NCBI GenBank assembly: GCA_046725615.1
Contig: JBKOYY010000004.1
Span: forward strand, 9,389-73,388
Direction: 5' to 3'
From: Pseudomonadota bacterium
GTDB taxonomy: Bacteria > Pseudomonadota > Alphaproteobacteria > Caulobacterales > Caulobacteraceae
Length of the DNA stretch: 64,000 bases
Positions within the stretch are counted from its first letter, which is position 1. Each line of letters starts with the position of its first letter. The notes beneath the pieces are model-generated. The model searched no databases. It was not told the origin of the DNA and saw only the letters and a list, made by a program, of their open reading frames with translations. Positions 1 to 12,644 of the stretch are shown one piece after another. The position numbers and the translations under genes are program-made.

Positions 1-74
1 GTCGCGCGCTTCCTCACGGTGAGCACGCGGCCCGCCGGATCGCGGATGACAGCGCCGACCACCTCGACGATCAT
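1..74 (-). CDS. Probable NUDIX hydrolase, N-terminal fragment running off the window edge
   Basis: ATG at 74 gives MIVEVVGAVIRDPAGRVLTVRKRA, resembling the first strands of MutT/NUDIX proteins; the NUDIX box itself lies outside the window. Confidence 0.55.
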   Translation of the reverse strand, partial: MIVEVVGAVIRDPAGRVLTVRKRA

Positions 75-106
75 CGCGCCAAGACCATCCACAGAGAGTC
101 GAGCGC

Positions 107-3232
<3,126 letters not shown>

Positions 3233-3236
<4 letters not shown>

Positions 3237-4294
3237 GCGAAGCCGAAGTTCTCTGTCGCGTGGAGGGCCGTGTCGGCCGCATCACGCTGAACCGGCCGCA
3301 GGCGATCCACGCCCTGACCACCAACATGTGTCGGCTGATGACGGAGGCGCTGCTGGCCTGGCGCAACGATCCGGCCGTCGAGCTGGTGATGTTCGACCAT
3401 TCGGGCGAACGCGGCTTCTGCGCCGGCGGCGACATCCGAATGCTTGCGGAGAGCGGCGCAGGCGATGGCAGGCTGGCGCGCGAGTTCTTCTTCATCGAGT
3501 ACCGGCTGAACCACCTGCTGTTCGAGTATCCCAAGCCGACCGTGGCGATCATGGACGGCATCACCATGGGCGGCGGCGTGGGGCTGGCGCAGCCGTGCCG
3601 CTACCGGGTGGCCACCGAGCGAACCACCTTCGCCATGCCGGAGACGGGGATCGGCCTGTTCCCGGACGTGGGTGGCGGCTGGCACCTGTCGCGCATGCCC
3701 GACCACCTCGGCCTGTGGTTGGCGCTGACCGGGGCGCGGATCAAGGCGGCCGACTGCGAGCTGCTGGGCATCGCCACCGACTATGTGGAGAGCGCCAGGA
3801 TCGCCGACCTGAAGGCGGCCGTGCTCGCGGAGCCTGACCGGGTCGAGACCCTGCTGACCGAGTTCGAGGCGGACGCCGGACGACCGCCGCTGGCGCAGCA
3901 CCAGGACGAGATCGGAAAGCTGTTCGCCCACGACAGCGTAGAGGCCATTCTCGCCGCGCTGGAGGGCGCCGGCACGGACTGGGCCAAGGACCAGCTCAAG
4001 GTGCTGGCGACGAAATCGCCGCAGACCATGAAGGTCGCCTTCCGTCAGCTCCGGCTTGGGGCGAAGGCCAGGTCCTTCGCCGAGAACATGGCGATGGAGT
4101 ATCGCATCGGCGCGCGCGTCGTGCAGCGGCACGACTTCCTCGAAGGCGTGCGGGCGGTGATCGTCGACAAGGACAACGCGCCGAAATGGGACCCGCCGCG
4201 CCCGCAGGACGTGGACGAGGCGACCCTGGACGCCATCTTCGCGCCGTTGCCGGCCGACCAGGAATGGACCACTCTGGAGGAGATCCGGGCATGA
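3233..4294 (+). CDS. Enoyl-CoA hydratase-family protein, probably 3-hydroxyisobutyryl-CoA hydrolase
   Basis: ITLNRP, FCAGGDI, GITMGGGVG, FAMPETGIGLFPDVGG, DFLEGVRAVIVDKD; ATGA overlap with the upstream gene. Confidence 0.88.
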
Positions 4295-5187
4295 CCCGCG
4301 TTGCGTTCATCGGCCTCGGCAACATGGGCGGCGGGATGGCCGCCAACCAGGCGAAGGCCGGCCGCGAGGTGCTCGCGTTCGACCTCTCTGCCGCCGCCAT
4401 GGACAAGGCCGCGGGCGCCGGCTGCACAAAGGCGGGCTCGGTGGCCGAGGCCGTGAAGAGCGCGGACGTGGTCATCACCATGCTGCCGGCCGGACCGCAC
4501 GTGCGTTCGGTCTACGCCGAGCAGATCCTGCCGAACGCGCCCAAGACCGCGCTGCTGATCGACTCCTCGACCATCGACGTGGAAAGCGCCCGCGCGGTCG
4601 CGTCCCAGGCTAAGGCCGCGGGCTTCCGATTCGCCGACGCGCCGGTGTCCGGCGGCACGGCCGCGGCAGACGCGGGCACGCTGGCGTTCATGGTCGGCTG
4701 CGACGAGGCCGACTTCGCCGCGGTGGAGGACGCGATCCAGCCGATGTCGCGAATCACCATCCGCGCCGGCGACCACGGGGCGGGGCAGGCGGCGAAGATC
4801 TGCAACAATATGGTCCTGGGGATCTCGATGATCGGGGTCTGCGAAGCCTTCGCCCTGGCCGAGAAGCTGGGCCTCGACGGCGAGCGATTCTTCGAGATCG
4901 CGTCGAAGTCGTCGGGCCAATGCTGGAGCCTGACCAGCTATTGCCCCTGGCCGGGCCCGGTGCCGACGGCGCCGTCCAACCGTGGCTATGAGGGCGGATT
5001 CGCCACGGCGATGATGCTCAAGGACCTGAAGCTGGCGCAGGAGGCGGCGGCCAAGGCGGGGGCGGCCACGCCGCTGGGCGCTTCGGCCGAAGGTCTCTAC
5101 GCGCTGTTCGATCGGCTGGGCGGCGGCGGAAAGGACTTTTCCGCAATCCTGGAGATGCTGCGGGGCCGGTCCGTCCAGTCGGGTTGA
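4291..5187 (+). CDS. mmsB: 3-hydroxyisobutyrate dehydrogenase
   Basis: FIGLGNMGGGMA, DAPVSGG, AKICNNM, SGQCWS, GFATAMMLKDL; ATG at 4291 overlaps the upstream stop. Confidence 0.95.
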   Translation: MTRVAFIGLGNMGGGMAANQAKAGREVLAFDLSAAAMDKAAGAGCTKAGSVAEAVKSADVVITMLPAGPHVRSVYAEQILPNAPKTALLIDSSTIDVESARAVASQAKAAGFRFADAPVSGGTAAADAGTLAFMVGCDEADFAAVEDAIQPMSRITIRAGDHGAGQAAKICNNMVLGISMIGVCEAFALAEKLGLDGERFFEIASKSSGQCWSLTSYCPWPGPVPTAPSNRGYEGGFATAMMLKDLKLAQEAAAKAGAATPLGASAEGLYALFDRLGGGGKDFSAILEMLRGRSVQSG

Positions 5188-5197
5188 CAAACATCAA
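5184..5197 (+). promoter_or_regulatory. FNR/FixK-type box TTGAC-AAAC-ATCAA upstream of hemA
   Basis: Matches TTGA-N6-TCAA; overlaps the mmsB stop codon; about 160 nt before the hemA ATG. Confidence 0.7.
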
Positions 5198-5359
5198 GGC
5201 AAACGTGGCCCGCGAATTCTATGCGGCTGTTCACGAAACTTCGGGCCCCTGCGACCCGCGGTATTATGGACAACCGAGCATCGCGGCGCCAAAAGGCTGG
5301 GCATCTTTTAGGGGCCGGGCAGGGCGCGCCATACAAGACGCGCTACCGGGATCAAGTCG

Positions 5360-6589
5360 ATGGATTACAGGGCCGCTTTCCGCAACGCTCTCGACCGCGT
5401 CCGGTCCGAGGGCCGCTACCGGGTCTTCGCCGACCTGAAGCGACACCGGGGCGAGTTCCCGCGGGCCACCTGGACTCGACCCGACGGTTCCACCAGCGAC
5501 GTGACGGTCTGGTGCTCTAACGACTACCTGGGCCAGGGGCAGAACCCCGTCGTGCTCGACGCCATGCACCAGGCGATCGAGGAGGCCGGCGCCGGCTCGG
5601 GCGGCACCCGCAACATCTCGGGCACCACCCACTACCACGTCGAACTCGAGCAGGAGTTGGCCGACCTGCACGGCAAGGAATCGGCGCTGCTGTTCACCTC
5701 GGGCTACGTCTCGAATGAGGCCTCGCTCTCGACGCTCTACAAGATCCTGCCCGGGCTGATCGTCTTCTCGGACGAGCTGAACCACAACTCGATGATCAGC
5801 GGCATCCGCGCCGGCAAGCGCGAGCAGCGCCGCGTCTTCCGCCACAACGACCTCGAGCACCTGGAGCAGCTCCTGATCGAGGCCGATCCGGCGGCGCCGA
5901 AGCTGGTGGCCTTCGAGAGCGTGTATTCGATGGACGGCGACATCGCCGATATCCGCGCGACCGTGGCGCTGGCGAAGAAGTACGGCGCCATGACCTACAT
6001 CGACGAGGTCCACGCCGTCGGGATGTACGGCCCGCGCGGCGCCGGCGTCGCCGAGCGCGACAACATGATGGGCGAGATCGACATCATCGAGGGCACGCTC
6101 GGCAAGGCGTTCGGCGTCATGGGCGGCTATATCGCCGCCGACAGCGTCATCGTCGACGCGATCCGCAGCTACGCCGACGGCTTCATCTTCACCACCTCGC
6201 TGCCGCCGGCCCTGGCCGCGGGCGCGGTGGCGTCGATCCGCTATCTCAAGGCGCACAACGAGGTTCGCGAGGCGCACCAGGAGCGGGCGGCGGCCCTGAA
6301 GGCGCGCCTGCGTCGCGCCGGCCTGCCGGTGATGCCGTCGGTGAGCCACATCGTGCCGGTGCTGGTTGGCGATCCGGTCCACTGCAAGATGATCTCGGAT
6401 ATCCTGCTCGAGGATCACGGCATCTACGTGCAGCCGATCAACTATCCCACGGTGCCGCGCGGCACCGAGCGCCTGCGCTTCACCCCGTCGCCGGCGCATA
6501 CGGACGGGATGATGGACGAGCTGGCCGAGGCGCTGGAGGCGCTGTGGGTGCGCTGCAACGTCAAGCGCGTTGGCGGCTACGCCGCCTGA
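5360..6589 (+). CDS. hemA: 5-aminolevulinate synthase
   Basis: [43 protein letters not shown] (PLP lysine), QPINYPTV. Confidence 0.97.
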   Translation: MDYRAAFRNALDRVRSEGRYRVFADLKRHRGEFPRATWTRPDGSTSDVTVWCSNDYLGQGQNPVVLDAMHQAIEEAGAGSGGTRNISGTTHYHVELEQELADLHGKESALLFTSGYVSNEASLSTLYKILPGLIVFSDELNHNSMISGIRAGKREQRRVFRHNDLEHLEQLLIEADPAAPKLVAFESVYSMDGDIADIRATVALAKKYGAMTYIDEVHAVGMYGPRGAGVAERDNMMGEIDIIEGTLGKAFGVMGGYIAADSVIVDAIRSYADGFIFTTSLPPALAAGAVASIRYLKAHNEVREAHQERAAALKARLRRAGLPVMPSVSHIVPVLVGDPVHCKMISDILLEDHGIYVQPINYPTVPRGTERLRFTPSPAHTDGMMDELAEALEALWVRCNVKRVGGYAA

Positions 6590-6614
6590 GGCCCGAAAGG
6601 CCGCTGCAAGACAA

Positions 6615-6651
6615 GGCCTCCCGGGCGCAACCTGGGAGGCCGTTTTCGTTT
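6615..6651 (+). terminator. Intrinsic terminator of hemA
   Basis: Stem GGCCTCCCGGG / CCTGGGAGGCC, 5-nt loop, followed by GTTTTCGTTT. Confidence 0.8.
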
Positions 6652-6736
6652 GAAACACCCCAGCGGTGCGACAAGTTCGACCCGCGGCGTCGTGGCGCAA
6701 CCTTGGTTCTTGCGAAGCGTGCTCAACTTCGAGTCA

Positions 6737-6808
6737 AGGCCGGCTCCGACCACAACCCGACACGGTCCGGTCCCGGGCGCCCCTGTTCCGACAGGGGCGC
6801 TCTTGTTC
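6737..6808 (+). ncRNA. Candidate small RNA with its own terminator
   Basis: Lies downstream of the hemA terminator; 5' stem around a C/A-rich loop, then GGGCGCCCCTGT-TCCG-ACAGGGGCGCTC hairpin with a U-rich tail on the + strand only. Confidence 0.35.
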
Positions 6809-6815
6809 ATGCCGC

Positions 6816-7085
6816 TCAGAACACGTCGGTGACCCTGCAGGTGGCGCGCCAGCCGCGGGGCGAGCGGTCGAGAGCCACAACCGAGACCTCACGCACCACG
6901 CCGGCGCCTTCCAGGGTGAAGCGGTCACCCAGGCGCGGAACGAGCGGATCGTCCGCCAGAATCGCGATTTCGCGGCCACACGCCGCCCGAGCCTCCCGGA
7001 TCTCGTAGCCGCCGCGGAACGCTGCCAACCAGGGATCGAGGGGCGGCTGAGGGATGTCACTTCCTCCGGCGTACGCCGCGCCCAA
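6816..7085 (-). CDS. Possible small hypothetical protein downstream of mucR (start uncertain)
   Basis: Fills an otherwise empty 240-nt gap; protein-like alternating pattern (DRFTLEGAGVVREVSVVAL); no clear RBS. Confidence 0.35.
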   Translation of the reverse strand: MGAAYAGGSDIPQPPLDPWLAAFRGGYEIREARAACGREIAILADDPLVPRLGDRFTLEGAGVVREVSVVALDRSPRGWRATCRVTDVF

Positions 7086-7491
7086 GTCCGATCTTCTTGG
7101 CGAAGTCGGATCGGCGCGCCGCGTAGGCAGGGGCCACCATCGGGTAGTCGGGCGGCAGGCCCCAGCGCCGGCGATATTCGTCGGGGTTCAAGTTGTAGCG
7201 CGACCGCAGGTAGCGCTTCAGCATCTTGAGCTTCTTCCCGTCCTCCAGACAGACGATGTAGTCGTGCTGGATGGAGCGGCCGACCGGGACGGCCGGCTTG
7301 GGCCGCTCTTCGACCGCGGCGACGGGCGGATCTCCGGTCAGCTGCCGGAGCGCCTGATGGACCGTGCGGATGATATCCGGCACGGCCTCCGCCGATACTG
7401 CGTTCCGGCTCACGTAGGCGGCGACGATGCCAGCCCCGAGACGCATCAGATCCTCGCCCGAAGGTCCGGTGGAATCGGGTCCCCCGCTCAT
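7057..7491 (-). CDS. mucR: MucR/Ros family zinc-finger transcriptional regulator
   Basis: [46 protein letters not shown]; start re-picked at ATG 7491. Confidence 0.93.
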   Translation of the reverse strand: MSGGPDSTGPSGEDLMRLGAGIVAAYVSRNAVSAEAVPDIIRTVHQALRQLTGDPPVAAVEERPKPAVPVGRSIQHDYIVCLEDGKKLKMLKRYLRSRYNLNPDEYRRRWGLPPDYPMVAPAYAARRSDFAKKIGLGRGVRRRK

Positions 7492-7687
7492 CAACTCACC
7501 TTTCTCGACACGCACCCAAACCTCGGGCGAGACGACGTCTTGCCCGGCTTTGCCGGACAACGCGCGAGACCCGCGAAGGGTTCCCCGGAATCTGACGTTG
7601 CGCCGCGGTTGGAAGCGGCGACTTTCGGGAGTAAAGGAGGCGCCTCCGCCGCCCAGCGCTTCGCCAGCTCCACGAAAGGCCTTGCCC

Positions 7688-8983
7688 TTGAACGTGCACG
7701 TGTCCGCCCAGACCTCCACCGAAGACTTCTTCAATCAAGCCGTCGACCAGGCCGATCCGGCGGTGGCCAAGATCCTGGCGGGCGAGCTCAAGCGGCAGCA
7801 GGACCAGATCGAGCTGATCGCGTCCGAGAACATCGTCTCCAAGGCGGTGCTCGACGCCCAGGGCTCAGTTCTCACGAACAAGTACGCCGAGGGCTATCCG
7901 GGCAAGCGCTACTACGGCGGCTGCGAAGTGGTCGACGAGGTGGAACTCTTGGCCATCGAGCGCGCCAAGCAGCTCTTCGGCTGTGAGTTCGCCAACGTCC
8001 AGCCGCACTCGGGCAGCCAGGCCAACCAGGCAGTGTTCATGGTCACCATGAAGCCGGGCGACACGTTCATGGGCATGAACCTGGACCACGGCGGACACCT
8101 GACCCACGGCAAGAGCGTCAACCAGTCGGGCAAGTGGTTCAATCCAGTCGCGTACGGCGTGCGGACCCAAGACCATCTGATCGACTACGACGAAGCCGCC
8201 GCCGTGGCGCGCGAGCACCGGCCGAAGGTGATCATCGCCGGCGGATCGGCCTATTCGCGGCACATCGACTTCGCCAAGTTCCGCCAGATCGCCGACGAGG
8301 TCGAAGCGATCCTGATGTGCGACGTGGCGCACTACGCGGGCCTGATCGTGGCCGGTGAGTATCCGAACCCGTTCCCGCACGCCCACATCGTCACCACCAC
8401 GACGCACAAGACTCTGCGCGGCCCGCGCGGCGGCATGATCCTGACCAACGACAAGAAGCTGGCCAAGAAGATCGACAGCGCCGTGTTCCCGGGGCTGCAG
8501 GGCGGCCCGCTGATGCACGTGATCGCCGGCAAGGCTGTCGCCTTCGGCGAGGCGCTGAAGCCTGAGTTCAGGACCTATGCAAAGCACGTGATCGAAAACG
8601 CCCGCGCCCTGGCGGACAGCCTGCAGAGCGTTGGCTTCAAGATCGTGTCCAACGGCACGGACAGCCACCTGATGCTGGTCGACCTGACGCCGAAGGCCGT
8701 CAGCGGCGCCCAGGCCGAGATCGCGCTGGAGCGGGCCGGCATCACCACCAACAAGAATTCCATCCCCGGCGACCCGCTGCCGGCCATGCAGACTTCGGGC
8801 CTGCGCGTCGGTACGCCGGCGGGGACCACCCGGGGCTTCGGCGTCGAGGAGTTCCGGCAGGTCGGCCGGTGGATCGGCGAGGTGCTGGACGCTGTGGCGA
8901 CGGGAGAGGATTCCTCCACCGTCGAGCAGAAGGTGCGCGCTGAGGTGGTGCAACTCACGCAGCGCTTTCCCATCTACAGCTAA
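7688..8983 (+). CDS. glyA: Serine hydroxymethyltransferase
   Basis: [48 protein letters not shown]; start TTG 7688 or GTG 7700. Confidence 0.97.
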   Translation: MNVHVSAQTSTEDFFNQAVDQADPAVAKILAGELKRQQDQIELIASENIVSKAVLDAQGSVLTNKYAEGYPGKRYYGGCEVVDEVELLAIERAKQLFGCEFANVQPHSGSQANQAVFMVTMKPGDTFMGMNLDHGGHLTHGKSVNQSGKWFNPVAYGVRTQDHLIDYDEAAAVAREHRPKVIIAGGSAYSRHIDFAKFRQIADEVEAILMCDVAHYAGLIVAGEYPNPFPHAHIVTTTTHKTLRGPRGGMILTNDKKLAKKIDSAVFPGLQGGPLMHVIAGKAVAFGEALKPEFRTYAKHVIENARALADSLQSVGFKIVSNGTDSHLMLVDLTPKAVSGAQAEIALERAGITTNKNSIPGDPLPAMQTSGLRVGTPAGTTRGFGVEEFRQVGRWIGEVLDAVATGEDSSTVEQKVRAEVVQLTQRFPIYS

Positions 8984-9013
8984 TAGCGTTAAACGGCTGC
9001 AGAGAGGCTAGAT

Positions 9014-9487
9014 ATGCGCTGCCCATTCTGCGGCCACGACGAGACCCAGGTGAAGGACAGCCGCCCATCGGAAGACGGGGCGGCTATCCGGCGTCGGCGG
9101 CTCTGCCCCCAGTGCGAGGGACGGTTCACGACATTCGAGCGCGTGCAACTGCGCGAGCTGACGATCCTCAAGCGCTCCGGCCGCCGCACCCCCTTCGACC
9201 GCGACAAGCTGGCCCGGTCGATTTCGATCGCGATGCGCAAGCGCCCGGTCGAGCCCGAACGGGTTGAGCGGATGATCTCGACGATCGTCCGTCAGCTCGA
9301 GAGCATGGGCGAAACCGAGCTGCCCTCGTCGACGATCGGCGAGCTGGTGATGAAGCAGCTCAAGCAGCTCGATGACGTGGCCTATGTCCGCTACGCCTCG
9401 GTCTACCGCGATTTCAAGGAGACGGACGACTTCGCCCGCTTCCTGGGTGAAGAAGGCCTGAGCGAGGCCCTGGCCGACGAGCGGTGA
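9014..9487 (+). CDS. nrdR: Transcriptional repressor NrdR
   Basis: [39 protein letters not shown]. Confidence 0.97.
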   Translation: MRCPFCGHDETQVKDSRPSEDGAAIRRRRLCPQCEGRFTTFERVQLRELTILKRSGRRTPFDRDKLARSISIAMRKRPVEPERVERMISTIVRQLESMGETELPSSTIGELVMKQLKQLDDVAYVRYASVYRDFKETDDFARFLGEEGLSEALADER

Positions 9488-9488
9488 C

Positions 9489-10133
9489 GTGAGCGTCACC
9501 CTCAAGCTCGCCACATCGCTAGACGGCCGCATCGCCACGGCGAGCGGGGAAAGCCGCTGGATCACGGGGACGCAGAGCCGCGAGCAGGTTCATCGCCTGC
9601 GGGCCGCGCACAGCGCCGTGGTCATCGGCGTCGAGACGGCGCTGGCCGACGATCCCGAGCTGACGGTGAGACTGCCCGGCTATGCCGGCCGCCAGCCGGC
9701 GCGGGTGGTGCTGGACAGCCGGCAGCGGCTTCGGCCGGACTGCAAGCTGGTCGCGACTGCGCGGGAGATACCGACCTATGTTGTGGCCACCGGCGCGCCG
9801 GATCCGACGCTCGTCGCCGCAGGCGTGCGCGTGCTGATGGTCCCGTCCGTGGGGGACGCGCGCCCCGAGTTGAAGAGCGTGGTCCAGGCCCTTGGCACCG
9901 AAGGACTCTCTGATCTGTTCGTGGAGGGCGGCGGCCAGGTGGCCGGCAGCTTCCTGCGCTGCGGTCTGGTCGACGCCATCGAATGGTTCCGGGCGCCGAT
10001 CGTCATTGGCGGTGAGGGCCGGCCCGGGGTGGGCGCCCTCGCGGTTGCGGCGCTTGCCGAGGCGCCCCATTTCCGGCGAGTGGAGGTGGGCGTCCTGGGC
10101 GACGACCTCTGGGAGCGCTACGCGAGGGGTTAG
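9489..10133 (+). CDS. ribD: RibD reductase domain only (no deaminase domain)
   Basis: Begins at VTLKLATSLDGRIA; has SRWITG, GVETALADDPELTVR, LFVEGGG; no HAE/PCxxC deaminase motifs. Confidence 0.85.
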   Translation: MSVTLKLATSLDGRIATASGESRWITGTQSREQVHRLRAAHSAVVIGVETALADDPELTVRLPGYAGRQPARVVLDSRQRLRPDCKLVATAREIPTYVVATGAPDPTLVAAGVRVLMVPSVGDARPELKSVVQALGTEGLSDLFVEGGGQVAGSFLRCGLVDAIEWFRAPIVIGGEGRPGVGALAVAALAEAPHFRRVEVGVLGDDLWERYARG

Positions 10134-10724
10134 ATGTTCACCGGCATAGTCACCGACGTGGGGCGCGTGCGCGCCGTCCGCGACACCAACCGCGACCGCA
10201 GGTTCGAGATCGAAACCTCCTTCGACCTGTCGACCGTCGACATCGGGGCCTCGATCGCCCACGCCGGCTGTTGCCTCACCGTGGTTGAGAAGGGCGAGGG
10301 CTGGTTCGCTGTCGAGGTCTCAGGCGAAACCCTGAGCCTCACCACCCTGTCGGACTGGCAGGAAGACCGGAGGGTCAACCTGGAGCGTGCGGCGCGGGTG
10401 GGGGACGAACTGGGCGGCCACATCGTCTCCGGACATGTGGACGGGGTTGGCGAGGTGCTGTCCGTCGAAAGCGAGGGCGGATCGCACCGTGTCCGGATCC
10501 GCGTGCCGCGCCCGCTGCATCGCTATATCGCCCCCAAGGGCTCGATCACGGTCGAGGGCGTCTCGCTGACCGTTAACGAGGTGGACGACGACGTCTTCGG
10601 GGTGAATCTCATCCCGCACACATGGGATGTCACCACCCTTGGCGAACTGAAGCCCGGGTCGCGGGTCAATCTCGAGATCGACATGCTGGCGCGCTATCTC
10701 GCGCGTTGGCGTGAAACGGCCTAA
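10134..10724 (+). CDS. ribE: Riboflavin synthase (alpha chain)
   Basis: MFTGIV N-terminal signature, [28 protein letters not shown]. Confidence 0.96.
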   Translation: MFTGIVTDVGRVRAVRDTNRDRRFEIETSFDLSTVDIGASIAHAGCCLTVVEKGEGWFAVEVSGETLSLTTLSDWQEDRRVNLERAARVGDELGGHIVSGHVDGVGEVLSVESEGGSHRVRIRVPRPLHRYIAPKGSITVEGVSLTVNEVDDDVFGVNLIPHTWDVTTLGELKPGSRVNLEIDMLARYLARWRETA

Positions 10725-10754
10725 GAGCGTCCGCGAACCATCTAAGGACACTCC

Positions 10755-11219
10755 ATGAGCGACGAGCCGATCCGCATCCTGGTCGTGGAGGCGCGCTTCT
10801 ACGACGACCTCGCAGACGCCCTGCTCGAAGGCGCGACACAGGCCCTGAGCGCGTTCGGCGCCGAATACGACGTGGTCACGGTGCCGGGGGCGCTGGAAAT
10901 CCCGGGCGCCATCGCGCTGGCCGAGGAGGCGGGTCACAAGCCCGCGGGCAAGCGCTACGATGGCTATGTGGCGCTGGGAACCGTGATCCGTGGCGAGACC
11001 TATCACTTCGAGATCGTCTCGAACGAGAGCGCGCGCGGGATCATGGACCTGACGGTCGGCAAGCGGCTGTGCATCGGCAACGGCGTTCTGACCACCGAAG
11101 ACGAGGAGCAGGCCTGGGCGCGCGCCCGCATGAGCGAGGGCGACAAGGGGGGCGGCGCGGCGCGCGCGGCCCTGGCGATGATCGCGCTGAAGCACCAGCT
11201 CTCGGGGCACGCCCGGTGA
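10755..11219 (+). CDS. ribH: 6,7-dimethyl-8-ribityllumazine synthase
   Basis: [38 protein letters not shown]. Confidence 0.95.
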   Translation: MSDEPIRILVVEARFYDDLADALLEGATQALSAFGAEYDVVTVPGALEIPGAIALAEEAGHKPAGKRYDGYVALGTVIRGETYHFEIVSNESARGIMDLTVGKRLCIGNGVLTTEDEEQAWARARMSEGDKGGGAARAALAMIALKHQLSGHAR

Positions 11220-11665
11220 GCGCCCACGCCTCCAGGTCCGTGGCCCGGCTCGCCGCCGTCCAGGCCCTCTACCAGATGGAGGTGTCGTCCATCGGGGTCG
11301 AGCACTTGATCCGCGAATTCACCGACCATCGCTTCGACCGCGACATCGAGGGCGTGACCCTGGCTTCGGCCGACGAGGGCTTTTTCGCTGACCTGGTCCG
11401 GGGCGTTGTCTCGCACCAGGCGAAGGTGGATGCCGCGATCGTGCGCCGGCTCGCCGACGGCTGGCGGCTGGAGCGACTGGACGCCACCGTGCGGGCCATT
11501 CTCCGCGCGGGTGTGTTCGAGCTGTCGCAGCGGAGCGACGTGCCCACCGAGGTGGTGATCGACGAATACGTGGAGATCGCCAAGAGCTTCTTCGAGGGGA
11601 CTGAGCCCGGCTTCGTGAACGGCGCGCTCGACGCGGTGGCCCGCGATGTCCGGCCAGCCGCCTGA
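11216..11665 (+). CDS. nusB: Transcription antitermination factor NusB
   Basis: [41 protein letters not shown]; GTG overlaps the ribH stop. Confidence 0.95.
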   Translation: MSAHASRSVARLAAVQALYQMEVSSIGVEHLIREFTDHRFDRDIEGVTLASADEGFFADLVRGVVSHQAKVDAAIVRRLADGWRLERLDATVRAILRAGVFELSQRSDVPTEVVIDEYVEIAKSFFEGTEPGFVNGALDAVARDVRPAA

Positions 11666-12644
11666 CCGACTCGACGAGTTCGGCGAGATCGCGCGGCTCT
11701 TCCGCCCGCTGGCCCGTGGCGCGCCTGGCGCGTTCGAATTGAAGGACGATGCCGCCGTCGTGCCGCAGCGGCCGGGCTTCGACCTTGTCGTCACTAAGGA
11801 CGCCATCGTCGAAGGCGTTCATTTTCCCGTAGGAGAGGCCCCGGACCTGGTCGCCCGCAAGCTGGTGCGGGTCAACCTGTCCGACCTGGCAGCCAAGGGC
11901 GCCGAGCCGTTCGCCGCCTTCCTGGCCGTGAGTTGGCCGGGAAGCTTCACGACCCGCGACCGCGAACGCTTCGTCATGGGCCTTGCCTCCGACCTTGAGG
12001 CCTACAACGTGGACCTTCTGGGCGGCGATACGACCTCCACGCCGGGTCCATTCACGTGCAGCCTGACCGCCATGGGCTGGGTTCCCGCCGGGCGCATGAT
12101 CCGGCGCGGGGGTGCGCGTCCCGGCGACCGCGTCCTGGTGAGCGGCGCCATCGGCGACGCCACGCTCGGCCTTGCTGCGGTGAAAGGCGAACTGCCCGAC
12201 CCGGACGGCCGACTGGCGCACCGATACCGTTTACCCGAGCCGCGGCTAGACCTTCGCGCGGCGCTGCGTCGCCACGCCACTGCCGCGGCAGACGTCTCAG
12301 ACGGGCTGATCGCCGACGCACGGCACATCGCCGACGCGAGCAACGTCGGCCTGTACCTCGACCTCGACCAGATTCCGTTGTCCGGGGCCGCCGCCACCTG
12401 GCTGGAGCGGCAGCCCGACGTGGCCGCGGCCCTCGTCCGACTCGCGACGGGTGGCGACGACTACGAGATCGTGTGCACCATGCCGTCGGGCGTGACCCGC
12501 CCGCGCGGGTTCACCGTGATCGGCGAGGTCAAGGAAGACCCGGGCCTCGAAGTCCGGGCGGCGGGCCGGGCGGTCGATCCCGGCGATGGGGGGTGGAGAC
12601 ATGGCCAGGCGCCAGCCGAACGTGATCCTGATCCTGGCCGATGA
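11646..12644 (+). CDS. thiL: Thiamine-monophosphate kinase
   Basis: [46 protein letters not shown]. Confidence 0.93.
   Translation: MSGQPPDRLDEFGEIARLFRPLARGAPGAFELKDDAAVVPQRPGFDLVVTKDAIVEGVHFPVGEAPDLVARKLVRVNLSDLAAKGAEPFAAFLAVSWPGSFTTRDRERFVMGLASDLEAYNVDLLGGDTTSTPGPFTCSLTAMGWVPAGRMIRRGGARPGDRVLVSGAIGDATLGLAAVKGELPDPDGRLAHRYRLPEPRLDLRAALRRHATAAADVSDGLIADARHIADASNVGLYLDLDQIPLSGAAATWLERQPDVAAALVRLATGGDDYEIVCTMPSGVTRPRGFTVIGEVKEDPGLEVRAAGRAVDPGDGGWRHGQAPAERDPDPGR

Noticed and set aside
6693-6707. TGGCGC...TTG resembling a sigma54 promoter
   Set aside because: The -12 GC is not at the required 10-nt spacing from the -24 GG
7560-7687. Possible ZMP/ZTP or glycine riboswitch before glyA
   Set aside because: Could not find the conserved core or pseudoknot sequences of either family by eye
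7427-7734. N-terminal extensions making mucR and glyA overlap head to head
   Set aside because: Homology begins at about 7491 (mucR) and about 7688 (glyA); the extensions are open-frame run-on through a promoter region
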